Positions 8,005 through 22,089 are shown, counted from the first letter of the stretch. The stretch: 64,000 nt of DNA from an uncultured virus (IMG/VR IMGVR_UViG_3300028299_000005) (IMGVR_UViG_3300028299_000005); one strand, 5' to 3'. The notes: generated by a model not told the origin, from the letters alone. Numbers and translations are program-made.

Positions 8005-11000
8005 ATGATTAATAATTTACTTCGACATGACACACAAAATACCGCAATTCAAAATGCATTAAAAAAATCTATAGTTGATGCATTCCCAATTGAATCCGGT
8101 GATAAAAAATTAACTCTGTCCAACATTCGAATCCCTGATACTTTAGAAAGTTGAGATTTTCCAAAACAAAAAACTTTCAAATTAGAACGTAAAAGCTGGC
8201 AAGTACCTATTTATGCAGATATTAAAATTACTGATGCAGCTGGATCACGAATTATAAGTCAAAAAAAGAATACTAAAATTGGTAATATACCAGTTCTAAC
8301 AAATCGATTTACCACAATTATTGATGGCAACGAATACCAAACAGTAAATCAACTCCGTCGTAAATCAGGTATTTACTCGCATATAAAGCAAAATGGTGAA
8401 CTTGAAAGTGAGTTTAATTTAGCGCAAGGTTTTAATTTTAAAATGCAATTAATTCCTGAAACACAATTATTTGTATTAATTCTAGGAAATAGAAAATATC
8501 GTCTATGAACTTTATTAAATGTTCTTGGAATGGATAGTGTTGCTATTGAAAAAGCTTGAAGTAAACCATTACTTGAAATAAATCAAAAAGGCGCTTTGAA
8601 TACTGAAGTATCAGAAATGACTTCTATTTTTAAAAAAGTTTATAATCGAGAACCAAAAGATTATAAAGAAGTTCTAGAAAAACTAAATGAATATTTTAAT
8701 GTATATACACAAGTAGACCCCGAAACGACAAGATTCACGTTAGGAGAAAGTTTTGAACATGTTACAGCTCCTGCTCTTTTAAGTGCCTCAAAAAAACTTT
8801 TAGCTATCAATAAAGGTACTTCTGAACCAGACGAAAGAGACAACCTTATTTTTAAAAAGCTGTATTCTGTTGAAGACCTATTAAGTGCACACTTTGAAAA
8901 ACAAATTCCTATTATTACTCGTAAACTTGCACGTTCTTTATCTTTAAAAGATCAAGCTGGAGAAATTATTAGTTCAAGTACTTTTGGAAAATCAATAAAA
9001 GAGTTTTTTACTACCGGTGATCTTTCTGCTACGCCTCCACAAACTAATCCAGTAACTATTGTCGAAGAATGACGTCGTACATCACCGATGGGCACCGGCG
9101 GTATACAAAGTCGACACTCTATTACTATGGAGTCACGAAATTTACAGCCCACACATTTAGGTTATTTAGATTCATTGGCCACGCCAGAATGTCTTGATAA
9201 AAAAACAGAAGTTTTTACTAAGAAAGGGTGAATATTTGCACCTGATATTACTTTAGACACAGAAATAGCTTGTAATATAAAAGGATCTTTGGAATTTCAT
9301 AAACCGCATAAAGTTTTTAAACATGAATATACAGAACAAATGTTTGGATATAAAAACTCGCGTTTAAATTATTTAGTTTCTGCTGGACACAACATATGAG
9401 CTAAAAACTATTATTCAGAAACTGATACATATGCATTATTACCAATAACAGAGTGTTATGGTAAAAAAATGCGCCATGAATTATCTTGTGATCCTTATGA
9501 AGGAAACAACGTCTCTTACTTTAGATTGCCAGGAACAGACGTAGACATAGATATAAATGACTGGGCCGAATTTATTGGCTGGTTTTTAAGTGAAGGATGT
9601 GTAATCCATTATTCCGCAGGACACACCGCTGTTTCCTTAACACAGGTAAAAAGTATCAATCCACAAAAATGACAAGAACTTAGTTCATTACTCTTAAAAT
9701 TACCTTTTGATTTTAATCATTATGAGCACTATTTTTACGATAAAAAAACTACAGAACTTCATCGTTATTTAGAAAATTTTGGCGAATACGCAAATAATAA
9801 ACATCTTCTTGACTATTATCTTGACTTACCTAAAAATGCACGTTTACGTCTTGCAAAAGGCTTGATGGCGGGCGATGGCCGTAGACAAGATCCACGCAGC
9901 ATAAGCACAAAAGTTTTGCCTTTCAAACAAGATGTATATACAACATCAAGTAAACAACTAGCTTTAGACGTTGAACGATTACTAATTGGGCTAGGTTTTG
10001 CAGTTACAGTAAATATATATAAAGATGCTCGTGCTGAACGTTACCACGATATTTTTGAAGTTAGAATTTTAGGTTTTTCTGAAGCTGTTGCAACTCCAGA
10101 AAATTATTATATGGTAAAAAGCGACGGTCATGTTTTTAGTGCTAGAGTTCCTGGAAACAAACTTTTAATAAAAAGAGAAAGTAGTTGAGCACATTGAACA
10201 GGAAATTCAGGAAGAGTTGGAATAACAGTCGGGCTAGCTTCCGAAGTTGAAAAAGATCACAATGACATGACAACTCCTGTATATACCCCAGAGGGCAAAC
10301 TAAAACATTTAAAACCACTTGAGTTTTTTAATGCAAAAATTGGTTTTCCAGATCAATATAGTTTTGAAGGGGCAGCAATAAAACCCAATAAAGGTAAAAT
10401 AAAGGTTATGTATCAAGGCGAACTCATAGAGACATCTGCAAAGGATGTTGATTATTATCTTCGTTCCGCCAAATCAATGTTTTCATTTGCAAGCAACCTA
10501 GTACCATTTTTAGCCAATACTCAAGGAAACCGTGCTTCTACAGGATCTCGTATGATCACGCAGGCCATGTCTTTAGTTGACCGTGAAATTCCACTTGTGC
10601 AATCTCGCAGAATAGATGGTGAAACCTACGAAGATCTTTTAGGTAACTATTTAAATCCTGTATTGGGTGTGAGCAACGATGGAAAACCTTACAAAACAGC
10701 TAAGATTACCAAAATTGCTGATGACTACATTTATTTAGAAACCCCTTCAGGTGAAAAGTTAAAACGCGGATTATATAAAGATTTTCCATTAAATCAAGAT
10801 GGCTTTCTTAACTCTAGTACAATGGTTAACGTAGGTGATACAGTTACTACATATCAACCTCTTGCTGAGAATAATTATTCACGAGGCAAAACTTTGGCCC
10901 TGGGCAAAAATCTTGTTGTTGCTTATATGCCATATAAAGGTTATAATTTTGAGGATGGTGCTGTTATTACAGAAAGTGCTGCTAAAAAACTTAGCCATCA

Positions 11001-14000
11001 AATGATTCATAAATCAAACATTTTCTTTAGTCCGAAATTAACTAATTTTAATTTGAAAAAATTTACGGCGTGATATCCCGAAGCGTTAAAACAAGAAAAT
11101 ATTTTAAAATTAACAGAAGAAGGATTGCCTAAAATTGGTGAAACTTTTCAGCCGGGGGAATATCTGGCAGCATATCTTGTTGAAAAAGAAATGGATGAGA
11201 CAGATCGTGCCTTAAAAAAATTAGATAAACATACATTTAGTCAACACGCAAAAAAACTTGTTGAATGGGACGAAGACGAACCGGGCGAAGTTATTGATGT
11301 AAAAAAAGTTGGAAGAAACATAGATATTTATATTAAAGCTGTTCATCCTTTTAAAGAGGGAGACAAGCTTTGTGTAGATGAAAATACTGAAATTTTAACA
11401 CGAGACGGTTGAAAATTTTTATTAGATATTTCTATAGATGACAATTTTTGTACACTTAACGCGCAAACACATGACATTGAATATCAAAATGCAGAAAAAA
11501 TAAATATTTATGATCACGACGGTCCTTTATACCAAATTCAAAATACTTTAATAGATCAACTTGTAACTCTTGATCACAAAATGTATGTAAAATTACGTTA
11601 TCAAAATAATTATGAATTATTAAAAGCATCTGATATTAAAGGTAAGCGTGTCCGTTATTTAAAAAATGGGCTATGAAAAGGCAATACCGGTATTGTACCA
11701 AAACCGTTTGTCAAACAAATGGATGATCTTGAATATGCTGCTCTAATGGGTTGATATTTATCCGAGGGTAATACAAATAAAACCTCAAATGGATATGTAA
11801 CAACTATTCATCAATCCAAAAAAATCTATCCAAATAATTATGAAGAAATTGCCCAATTAATAAAAAATTGTGGATTTACTCCAATTTATCGACCTGATAG
11901 ATTAGTTTTTAATGGTAAAGAATTTCACCAATATTTAAAACAATTTGGACATGCTCACGAAAAATTTATACCTGTAAATATTAAAAACGCCTCTTCTGAA
12001 ATTATTTTGACTTTTTTAGATGCGTATAACAAAGGCGATGGCCACACAACTAATACGGGACAGTCTGTAATTACTACAAACAGTATTCAGATGCGAGATG
12101 GCTTAATGGAATTATGATTAAAAGCCGGCTATAGTGCTTCTTATAAATTATCTGCTAAAAAAGGTGACACAATTTGTGGAAATCCTGTAAATTATGATAT
12201 TTGAAATGTTAGACAAATTAGAACTAAAAATTCGCCGCAAGTAAATCATGGACACATTCATGAACAAAATGCACAAATAGAGCAAATTATACATTATCAA
12301 GGAAAGGTGGGCTGTCCAACAACTCCTAATGGTATTATATATATTCGTCGCAATGGAAAAACTTCATGAACAGGAAATTCCGGCAGATACGGTAACAAAT
12401 CAATTGTTACCAAAATTATACCGGACGACTACGCACCACATCGCGAGGATGGAACTCCTGTTGAGATAATGTTAAATCCACACGGCGTGCCTTCTCGTAT
12501 GAACATAGGACAAATTTTAGAGACAGCTGCTGGCAAAATTGCCGTTAAAACCGGTAAACCATATATAGTAAATAATTTTGAAAATCCAGATGAAGATGCA
12601 GCAAATAAAATTAGCAAGGAATTAAAAAAATTAAATATTGAAGCAGATGAAAAACTAACTGATGGCCATACCGGAATGGCTTTTGATAATAAAATTTTTG
12701 TCGGTAATCAATATTTTTTAAAACTTAGACACATTGTAAAAAAGAAACAGGGTGTTCATAATTATGGAAGTTATGATGTAAATGAATTACCTGTAGGTAA
12801 AGGTGCACAAAAAACAGGTACTATGGAAACATATGCATACCTAGCACATGGCGCAAAAGCTAACCTAGCAGAAATGTCTACTGTAAAAGGCCGTTCAAAT
12901 GAAGAATACTGACGTAATTTACAATTAGGTTTACCGCCTGTTCCATCTAATAAGAATTTTATTTTTGATAAACTATTAGCGCATTTAAAAGGAGCGGGAA
13001 TTAATATAGACAAACAAGGTTCGCGTTTACGTATTTTTCCATTAACAGACAAAGAAACTATAAAAATGTCAAATGGCGAAATTAAAGATCCAGGTGCTTT
13101 TCTTATCGGAAAAAATCTTATGACGAGAAAGGGTGGCTTGTTTGATCCGGAAATTACAGGAGGGTTAAACGGAACACACTGGTCACATATTAATTTAACA
13201 GTTCCTGTTCCAAACCCAATGTTCTCTGATGCTATAATGAAAGTTCTTGATCTTACAGAAGATCAATTAAATAGTACCATAAGGGGTTCTTATAATATTA
13301 ATGGTAAAACAGGCGTGCCTGCACTTCTTGCAGCTTTAAAAGATATAAATGTAAAAGAATCTATTATACAATTAAAAACAGAATTAAAAAACTCTCCACC
13401 AACTAATGTAAACAAATTAAATCGTCGTATTCGTTATTTACAAACTCTTGACGAATTAAAATTAACTCCCATAGAAGCATATATAATGAAAACTGTGCCG
13501 GTATTACCTCCTGCATTTAGGCCAATATATCCTTTACAGACGGGCGATTTAATGATTAGCGATTTAAATAAGCATTATCGTGATATCGGCACAATTAATA
13601 TTGCTTTAAAAGGAGCAAAAAACGATTTAAATCCTGAAGAATTGGCAGAGGCTACTGCTTCGCTATATACATCAATAAAAGCATTTCAAGGTTTTATTGA
13701 CCCAATTAATTATTCCAGTAAAAAATATAAAGGAATTATAAAAGAATTATCTGGAAAGCAGGCATTAATTCAGGGCGCTGCATGAGCTAAACGACAAGAT
13801 ATAAGTGCACGTAGTACCATTACGATTGAACCTAGCTTAGGATTAGATCAGCTTGGTATACCAACCGATATGGCTTATAAAATGTTTAAACCTTTTATTA
13901 TACAGGATCTAAAAACACAGGGACTAAAAGCCACAACAGCTTTAAAAGAATATCAAGATAAAACTAATTTAGCATATAATTCTTTAAATACTGTTATACA

Positions 14001-17000
14001 AAATAGACCTGTATTTTTTAATAGGGCCCCCTCTTTACATAAACATGCAGTGCAAGCCTTTTGACCACAGCTTGTAACAGGCAAAGCAATTCAGACAAAC
14101 CCTTTAATAACAAAAGGTTACAATTTAGATTATGACGGAGATTCTGAGATTAATTCCGTGCTTATGTTCTTAAATAACAATTACTTACAGCAACTATCCA
14201 AATTAAATACTAATTTAGTACTTGACATACAAGAAAAAATTCCTTATATTAAAGGAGAAATTAAAATAAACCAAATAAAGAATATTATGTCAAGATATAA
14301 TGTAAAAACAGGATTAAAACAAGATGGAAAATATTATTTAGTAAACCTTGAAGATTTTCCATATGATAAAAATAAACTAATAGGAACAAAAGATCATATA
14401 GATTTTTATGAAGTTCCTGACGGTGTTGAAATTTTTGCTTACGACGAAAAAAAACAAGAAGTTTCTTTACAAAAAGTAAGTGGGTGGAGTGTTCATAAAG
14501 ATCGAGAAATATATACAGTAACTCTACAGAATAAACAACAAATCATCTCAGATGACGATCCAAGAGCAGTATATGGAATTAATCCAGGAACTTTAGAGTT
14601 TGTTCGTAACCGCCCTAAAGATTCTATTGGGATGTTAGTACCAACAGTTCGTAGCTTAACTAAAGGGTTGAAAATAAAACAACTAGATCATTTTACAGAA
14701 GGAATAGCAGACAGCAAACGATTAAAACCGACAATAGAATTAAATGATAAAACAGGTTATATTCTTGGAGCTCTAATCGGTGACGGCTGGTTTGATGCTG
14801 TTAAAGACAAATATAGATGTGTATGGTTATCTGGCATAGAAAAACCTATTCAAAAACAGCTCGAGGAATTTTTAACAGAAATTTTTAAAGAAGCCCCACA
14901 TGTTGGGCATCAAATTATGAAAACTTCTTATGGCCGAAGTGAAAAATTATGTGTTTCATCATCTGATTTTGCAAAATGGACAGCACCACTTATTGGTAAG
15001 GGCGCAAATAACAAACATTTGCCTCCCTTTTGGTTTACTGCTAACAGGAGTTTTAAATTAGGGCTATTGTCAGGATTACTAGATACCAATGGCTGCGTGT
15101 GTATTAGTCATTCAAAGGTTACGCCACAGATTGCCTACAGTTTTTGCAGCAATAGCATAAGATTAGTACAAGAAATTCAACATTTACTTTTAACTTTAGG
15201 AGTAAAAAGCAGAATCTCTTTTTCTAAAAAAACACAAACTGATAATGATTCCTGGATTTTATCAGCTTCTGCGGCAGATATGAAACTTTTAAGAGATGAC
15301 TTAATTACAGTACATGAAAGAAACAGGACTGCAATGTATACAGACAAAGCTTATCCTAATATGGATAGCAGTGCTGCTACTAAAGCTGATTTAGTACCTA
15401 TTGATTCCGCTACAACAGCTCTTTATTTAAAACGAATAGGTGCAAAACGTAACGACCTAAAAGATTTAAAAGCTCTTTATGTAACAGTGTGTAATACTAA
15501 GAAACGTGGTTATATTACTCGGCATGCAGCAAACCGATTGTTAAAAAAATACCCAGAAATTATCCCAACAACAGGCTGGAAACAAATTGTAAAAAATACT
15601 TCTGTAAGTTGGCAACCTGTGATTAGCTTTGAAAACACAGGTAAAAAAGAAACTGGCTATGACTTAACAGTTCCTGGTTATGAAACTTTTATGAGTGTTG
15701 ACGGCATAATATTATCTAATACCATGTCTATTATGACACCTATTAATTCTCTAGCTGTCGAAGAAGCTAAAGGAATGTTTCCAAGCAAAATTCTTTTTAA
15801 ACATGGAGACAATTCTTTAGTACCGAGTTTAAGTCAAGATTACTTATATGGTATTCACGAATTAAGTCAAATTAAAGATGTCTCTGCGAAAAGTTTTGAA
15901 TCTGTTGCGGCCGCTAAAAAAGCCGGCCTACCTTGAACTACGCAATTTAAATTAAAAGGTAAAAATATTACCATAGGACAACATTATTTAAATGATAAAC
16001 TCCCTACTCCGTTAAAAGACTTTACTAGACTTTTAAATAAAAAGGTTGTGAATGATTTATTAACTAAAGTGGGTAAAGAATATCCTGGTTATTTTGTTGA
16101 CCTAATAAATTCGTGAAAAGATCTTGGAAGTTTTTATGCCTATAAAGTTGGCAATACAATTTCATTAAATGATTTTGCAAACAGTAAAAGTTATCGTGAT
16201 GTCTTACTTGCCCAGGAAATGCCTGCAATTAATAAGTTAACAGGTGCAACACGTATCACGGCTTTAAATAAATTAACACAAGATGTAGAAAAAGCGCAAA
16301 ATAAAGCTTTCAAAGGTAAAAATAATATGTATAAAATGTTGGAAGCAGGATCTTTTTCCAAGCCTGACTCTGTGCGCCAAATTTTATCGATGCCTGGTGT
16401 ATTAAATGATATATATGGTAAGCCAATTTCTATTCCGGTAATAAAAAGTTACGGAGAAGGACTCGATGCCGCAAGTTATTTTACTTCTCTTTATGCAGTA
16501 AGAAGTGGAACAGTAGATCGATCTGTGAATACACAAGATACCGGTGCTTTAAACAAAGCTCTATTAAACGTAACTCGAAGACTGCTAATAACTACAGAAG
16601 ATTGTGCTACGCAAAAAGGTATTGAACTTCCAGTCGATGATAAAAACGTATTAGATAGATTTATTTTAGAAACAATTCCAGGTCTCATAAAACGTAATCA
16701 ACTAATTGATTCAGAAACTTTATTAAAATTAAAATTAAAAGGAATTACTTCTATAAAAGTAAGAAGTCCTTTAACTTGCGCTGCTGTTGATGGTATATGC
16801 CAACTTTGCTATGGTCTATTACCTAATGGATCTTTAGCACCTTTAGGAACTAATGTTGGAATATTAGACTCGCAAGCTCTTACAGAAGCTTTTACACAAA
16901 ACGTTATGAGAACTTTCCATTGTTGGCATCCAGGAAGTACTTTAATGACAGAGGGCGGCGAACTTCGAACCATAGCAGATATTGTAAATTCAAACTATCA

Positions 17001-18786
17001 AGGAAAAGTCTTAGACAAGAACAATGTTTTTGTGCAAGTTACGAAAGCTTGAAAACATAAAATAACAGCTCCTGTTGTATTTGTAAAAACTAAAAATGGT
17101 CGTTCTTTAATGTTACAAGACAACCACCCTTTACCTGTTATTACTAATACTTATATTTGCAAATATTGTGGAGGAAGATTAAAAAGTAAAAGCAAACAAT
17201 GCGCAGATTGTGCACGACGCTCTCCAAAAGCTGTTCCCAATACCAATTTAACTAACTGCACTATAAAAGAAGTAAAAGATATTCATTCTAAAAAAGAATC
17301 ATTAATATATCAAAATTTCCCATCTAATTTTGGTACTAAAAGATGAGATTGAGAATTCTCTCCTTACATGCTAGGAGCTTATATTTCAGAAGGATGCGTA
17401 AATAGAAGAGGAGATAAACTTTTAGGAATTACTTGAAGTCAAGAACCAAATACGGAAATTCATAAAAAATATGTAACAAGTTTAAATAAACCAATTTCAA
17501 ACAATAAGAATATTCGCTTGTATAATTCTAAATTAGCAGCGCGTGTAGCACAAGAATGTGGTGATTACAGCAATTCTAAAAAATTGCCTTATAATATTTT
17601 AAAATATTCGAAAGATACAGCATATCAAATTCTTGCTGGAATTATAGATGGTAATGGAACAATTTCAAGATATCCGGAAAACGGAAGAGCCTCTGGAAAC
17701 GATATTGTAATACTTGATACTACTAGTTATGCCTTAGCAAACCAATTAGTTATATTAGGCCAAGCTTTGGGAATATCTACTAATATGTTTCAAGCTACGT
17801 TTAGAACCATTAGTAATTATCAACCACTAAGAGTAACTTTTAAAATAACAAAACAGCAATTACGGATCTTCAAAAAGATATCCTTCAAAATTCAAAATAT
17901 AAAAACAGGTAAATTAGTATCTTACGTTGACAAGGCTACTATAAAGAGTATACAGCCAACTAATTATATGTATGATGAGGTGTTTGATATAGAAACTAAA
18001 TCATCTACTTTAGTAATTAACGGAATCTTTGTTCATAATTCAGGCGGGTCCGCGCTTGGTGGCGGCGGTGTGACTGAAGGATTTCCTAGAATGACTCAGC
18101 TATTAAAAGTTCCGGAAAAGTTAAGCTATAAAGCAACTTTAAGTACTGTAAAAGGACATGTAGTTGCGATCCAAAAAAATCAAACTGGCGGCTATAATAT
18201 AAAGATTGGGGGTTATGGCTCAGAAAATGATAAAAGTTTCGTGGTGCCTCCAGGAAGGACACCTATCGTTGCTTTAGGAGACAAAGTGGAACCTGGAGAT
18301 CCTTTAAGTGATGGTGTTATAAAGCCTCAAGAACTTGGAGAGTTAAAAACACATTTAGATGCTCAAAATTATTTAGTAGATGAAGCTTCAAAATTAATGG
18401 GTGGAAGTTTCTTTAGAAAAACGTTTGAGACTGTTATTCGCGGAATTAGCGATAATGCTATAGTAACTTCAGCGCCGGATAAAAGCGGTTTCTTACGTGG
18501 TGATCGCACTACTATTAGTTATCTAGACAAATTAAATAAAGACAGAAAAAAAGAAAAGATGGAACCTATAGAATATAACTCATATTTTAAATCAATAGAT
18601 ACACTAAATACTGATAGTAATGATTGACTTACTAAAATTACCTCAAACAGAATAAAAGCAGCTTTAATGACTGGTGCAGCTAAAGGACAATATGCAAATT
18701 TAAAAGGAAGAGATCCTATACCTGCATATATTTACGGAGAAAGTTTTGGAAAGCAAATAATGCCAGATAAAGGAGAATTTTATTAA
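8005..18786 (+). CDS. rpoBC: Fused beta-beta' multi-subunit RNA polymerase precursor with 4 inteins, TGA=Trp (~3593 aa)
   Basis: All + strand ORF fragments from 8596 to 18627 are in one frame, separated only by TGA (~26 by hand count). Motifs: [53 protein letters not shown]; then [54 protein letters not shown]. Confidence 0.93.
9190..10206 (+). mobile_element. Intein 1 (LAGLIDADG) in the beta TPE motif
   Basis: [14 protein letters not shown]...FIGWFLSEG...MAGDG...WTGN|S. Confidence 0.9.
11371..12378 (+). mobile_element. Intein 2 (LAGLIDADG) in the beta GDK-GRxGNK motif
   Basis: [14 protein letters not shown]...LMGWYLSEG...KGDG...RRNGKTSWTGN|S. Confidence 0.9.
14143..15720 (+). mobile_element. 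Intein 3 (LAGLIDADG) directly after the catalytic DYDGD
   Basis: Removal gives [19 protein letters not shown] and LSGLLDTNG motifs; [11 protein letters not shown]...ILSN|T C-terminus; atypical Ser start. Confidence 0.85.
14222..14250 (+). promoter_or_regulatory. sigma70-type promoter inside intein 3
   Basis: TTGACA-17 nt-TATATT; in-frame ATG at 14287. Confidence 0.6.
16921..18039 (+). mobile_element. Intein 4 (LAGLIDADG with Zn-ribbon insert) in the beta' trigger loop
   Basis: [11 protein letters not shown]...LGAYISEG...LAGIIDGNG...VFDIET...FVHN|SGG. Confidence 0.9.
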
Positions 18787-19016
18787 TGCCTAAATTTATG
18801 AATGTTGTTATTAAAAAACCATTGTCCTTAGGACAGTGATTAACAAAAAACCCGATACCTCCAAAAGACGCAGATCCTATGGTGCAAATGTTACATAATT
18901 TTCAATATCAAAAACGGTTAATAAAAGCTAAACAATTAAATCATCCTGTTTCCAAAAAAACACAAAAAGTTATTGAAAATTTAAAAAAACAACATAAATC
19001 TTGAAAAGATTTCTAA
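18786..19016 (+). CDS. Hypothetical protein (76 aa, two TGA=Trp)
   Basis: ATG overlaps the RNAP TAA (TAATG); open to TAA if TGA is read through. Confidence 0.65.
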
Positions 19017-19019
19017 ACA

Positions 19020-20231
19020 ATGTCTAAATTTTTTAAAGAAGCTAAATTAAAAAAAGATACTAAGCTTAGACGAACATTTCAAACTCTTGGTTGAAAAAAT
19101 TCATTACAAGCAAGTAGCATCACTTGACCACAGCAATATACCATGCAAGGTCACGATTTAACTGATATACTGTTTGGTGCTTCTCCTGGAAATCATCTTG
19201 CTTTTGGCTTTAGGAAAGCTAAAATATTAGATACTTTTAAATTAAAAGAAAAAATAGAAGACAGTATTGCACGTGGGTATATAGATCAAGTAAATACTCC
19301 AAAAAAATATCAGTTAATCGGTTATTTATATGAATATATTTCTCGTAAGAATAAATTAGAAGATATAAATGGTATACCACGAGCTAAAATAAAAGGTTTA
19401 GCAGAAGAAATACGAAAAGCGGAAATTAAACTTCAAGACATAGATTCGACAGCAACTATAGGAACAATGGGACTTATGTTGGGTAATATGGGCATCGGAT
19501 TATCAATGGCGCGATTAAAAGAAGATACTACGAAAGAAGGCATAATTAATTTTTTGAACATAGCTAAAAAACGTCAAGGACTTTCTAACTTAGATATAAA
19601 AATAATAGACAACTCATTGAACAGCCATTTTAATCCAGAAAAAAACTATTTGCAAACAGGAAGAATAAAAGGAATAGCTGGTCATGAATTTGGACATGCT
19701 GTCAATGCCAAACGATTTAATCAATTTTTTGGTGAAAAATCTGGTCCAAAAATTTCTGCTGTATTATATCACGGATTGGGCGATTACATGCCAATGACAG
19801 GTCATGTGTTAGGGCCTCTTGGACTTGTGCCGGTGTTTCCTTTAGCACTAGCAGCACCTTTAGTAGTATCATCGAAAGTACAAAATTTAATTAAAGGTGA
19901 TGATGCTACTACACGTCGTTACCGTTTTGGCTCTTGGGTAGCAGAACACCCCGGTACAGTTTTAGGGGGAGCTGTAATTCCTAAATTAATTGAAGAAGGC
20001 AGCGCAACAGGCAGAGGTATAAGCGAAATGATGCATCAAGCTCCCAAAGGATTAAAATTTATGGCATTTAAACAAGGCTTTAAACCGACTGCTCCTGCTT
20101 TTTTGACATATGTAACCGTGGCAGGACTTCCTACTATTGCCGGATGGGCATATGGTAAAAAAAGAAAATATGAAAAAGCATTACATAATAAAGAAAAAAA
20201 ACTATATAATTTTAAAGTCAAAAATGAGTAA
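19020..20231 (+). CDS. HExxH-containing putative membrane/virion protein (TGA=Trp)
   Basis: Starts MSKFFKEA with two in-frame TGA before 19143; GHEFGH motif, downstream IEEGSA, hydrophobic segments. Confidence 0.7.
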
Positions 20232-21612
20232 ATTTTTTAAAACAGCTTCTGAACTTCAATCACAACAAAAACGTGTTGTTGATAAATTACAAAAAACCGA
20301 CAGACTCTTAGTTTATCATGGCCTTGGTTCGGGAAAAACATTAGCTGCATTAGAGGTAGGAAAATCTTTACATTTGCCAGTTACAATTATAGGTCCTGCT
20401 TCATTAAAAGAAAATTTTCGTAAAGAACGACTAAAACACAAGGTAACCGGTGTAAAATCTAAATATTATTCTTATAGCAAGCCTCCGGAAACATTGCCTA
20501 CCAGAGATCTTTTAGTATTTGATGAGGCGCAACGTATGGGAAGAATGGAATCTCAACGATCAAATTATCCAGATAGGTATAAACCAACAAAAACAATGTT
20601 TTTAACAGGTACCCCTATTCGAAATGAACCTGCTGAACTTATTCCATTAATGCGCGGATTAGATATAAAAATACCTAGAGATAAGGCAAAATTTAATGAA
20701 GGTTTCATAGATGAACAAAAACAATATCCCGGTGTGTTTGCCAGAATATTTAGAGGTGTAAAAGCAGGCATTGTTCGAAAAGGCAAAAATTTACAAATAT
20801 TAGAAAATGCTTTTAAAGGAAAAGTTGACTATTTTGCTCCAAATTTAAAAGACTATCCCAAAATTATTAAAGAACGAATTGAAACAGTTATGTCTCCAAG
20901 ACAACAGGCTACATACAACTTAGCTCTCAAAGGCGCTTCAAATTTAAAATATAAAATAAAGCATGGTCTTTCACCAAGCAAAACGGAAGCAAGACATATA
21001 AATGCTTTTTTAACAGCAACACGTCAAATTTCAAACACTCCTGGTAAATTCAATATAAATGCTACAAATGAAGATGCACCGAAATTAAACAAGGCTATTT
21101 CTGAAATTATAGAGCATTATAAAAAAGATAAAAACTATAAAGGGGTAACATATTCAGCTTTTCTTGAGCATGGAATTGATCCTATGGAAAAACGTTTAAA
21201 GGCTATAAAAATTCCTTATGCTCGTTTTACTGGACAAACTTCTGATACTGATCGTAAAGCAATAATAAAAGATTTTAATTCTGGAAAAATAAAACATTTA
21301 CTTCTTTCAGGAGCTGGTGGTGAAGGTTTGGATTTAAAAGGCACTAAATTGCTTCAAATCCTTGAACCACATTGGAATGATCCAACTATTGAACAAGTAA
21401 AAGGACGTGTTAGTCGTTATCAGTCACATGCGCATCTGCCTCCTAAACAAAGGCAAGTCGAGATACAGACATTTATTAGTAAGCCACGAAAAACAACGTT
21501 TTTTAAACGTCAGTATAAAGGCGCAGACGAATATCTTGAAATGCTTTCAAAACAAAAAGCAGATTTAAACCAAGAGTTTTTAAACACACTGCAAAGAGCA
21601 TCAGATGGGTAA
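20224..21612 (+). CDS. SNF2/SF2-family helicase
   Basis: Starts MSKFFKTA; YHGLGSGKT, DEAQ, TGTP, GGEGLDL, QVKGRVSR. Confidence 0.88.
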   Translation: MSKFFKTASELQSQQKRVVDKLQKTDRLLVYHGLGSGKTLAALEVGKSLHLPVTIIGPASLKENFRKERLKHKVTGVKSKYYSYSKPPETLPTRDLLVFDEAQRMGRMESQRSNYPDRYKPTKTMFLTGTPIRNEPAELIPLMRGLDIKIPRDKAKFNEGFIDEQKQYPGVFARIFRGVKAGIVRKGKNLQILENAFKGKVDYFAPNLKDYPKIIKERIETVMSPRQQATYNLALKGASNLKYKIKHGLSPSKTEARHINAFLTATRQISNTPGKFNINATNEDAPKLNKAISEIIEHYKKDKNYKGVTYSAFLEHGIDPMEKRLKAIKIPYARFTGQTSDTDRKAIIKDFNSGKIKHLLLSGAGGEGLDLKGTKLLQILEPHWNDPTIEQVKGRVSRYQSHAHLPPKQRQVEIQTFISKPRKTTFFKRQYKGADEYLEMLSKQKADLNQEFLNTLQRASDG

Positions 21613-22087
21613 ATTTTTTAAACTAGCTGTTGGCCCTGTAATTAGACAGACGCCTTTAGAAAATTCACAAGCTTTATATTATAAACCAAAAGATTTAAAG
21701 GCCATGAGTGCCAATTCAATTTTTAAAAGAGAACTAGAAAAATTACCTAAAAAATGAAAGACGGAGGGGCTAATACTTTTTAATAACGTGCCCGCAAAAG
21801 ATCAAGGTTACGTAAAAGGAAAAGACATAGATAGACTTTTTCGTCGCCACGAGCTAACACATTATTTACGATATAAGCAAGGCAAAGCAGTACACGTAGG
21901 AAAGCCACACTTAAAAGGAATTATACACACTGCAATTGAAGAAATTGCTGCACACCATGCCGGACTAAAAAGATTAAATGCTCCAAAATTTAATAAAATT
22001 ATGGGTATAATTATGAATACTTATCACTCCACTAAATATATGTACCCAAAAGGTATTGTTCGAACACTCTTTACAAAAGGAAAATAA
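21605..22087 (+). CDS. Basic HExxH protein, paralog of 22395-22883 (one TGA=Trp)
   Basis: MGKFFKLAVGP start; RHELTHY...EE; TGA 21755 aligns with TGG of the paralog. Confidence 0.8.
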
Positions 22088-22089
22088 CT

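Noticed and set aside
8596..18627. RNAP as a fragmented pseudogene or many separate subunit genes
   Set aside because: All fragments share one frame, every break is TGA at Trp-compatible positions, and catalytic motifs are intact.
20137..20223. Upstream extension of the helicase from TTG 20137
   Set aside because: Overlaps the previous gene; ATG 20224 gives the shared MSKFFK start.
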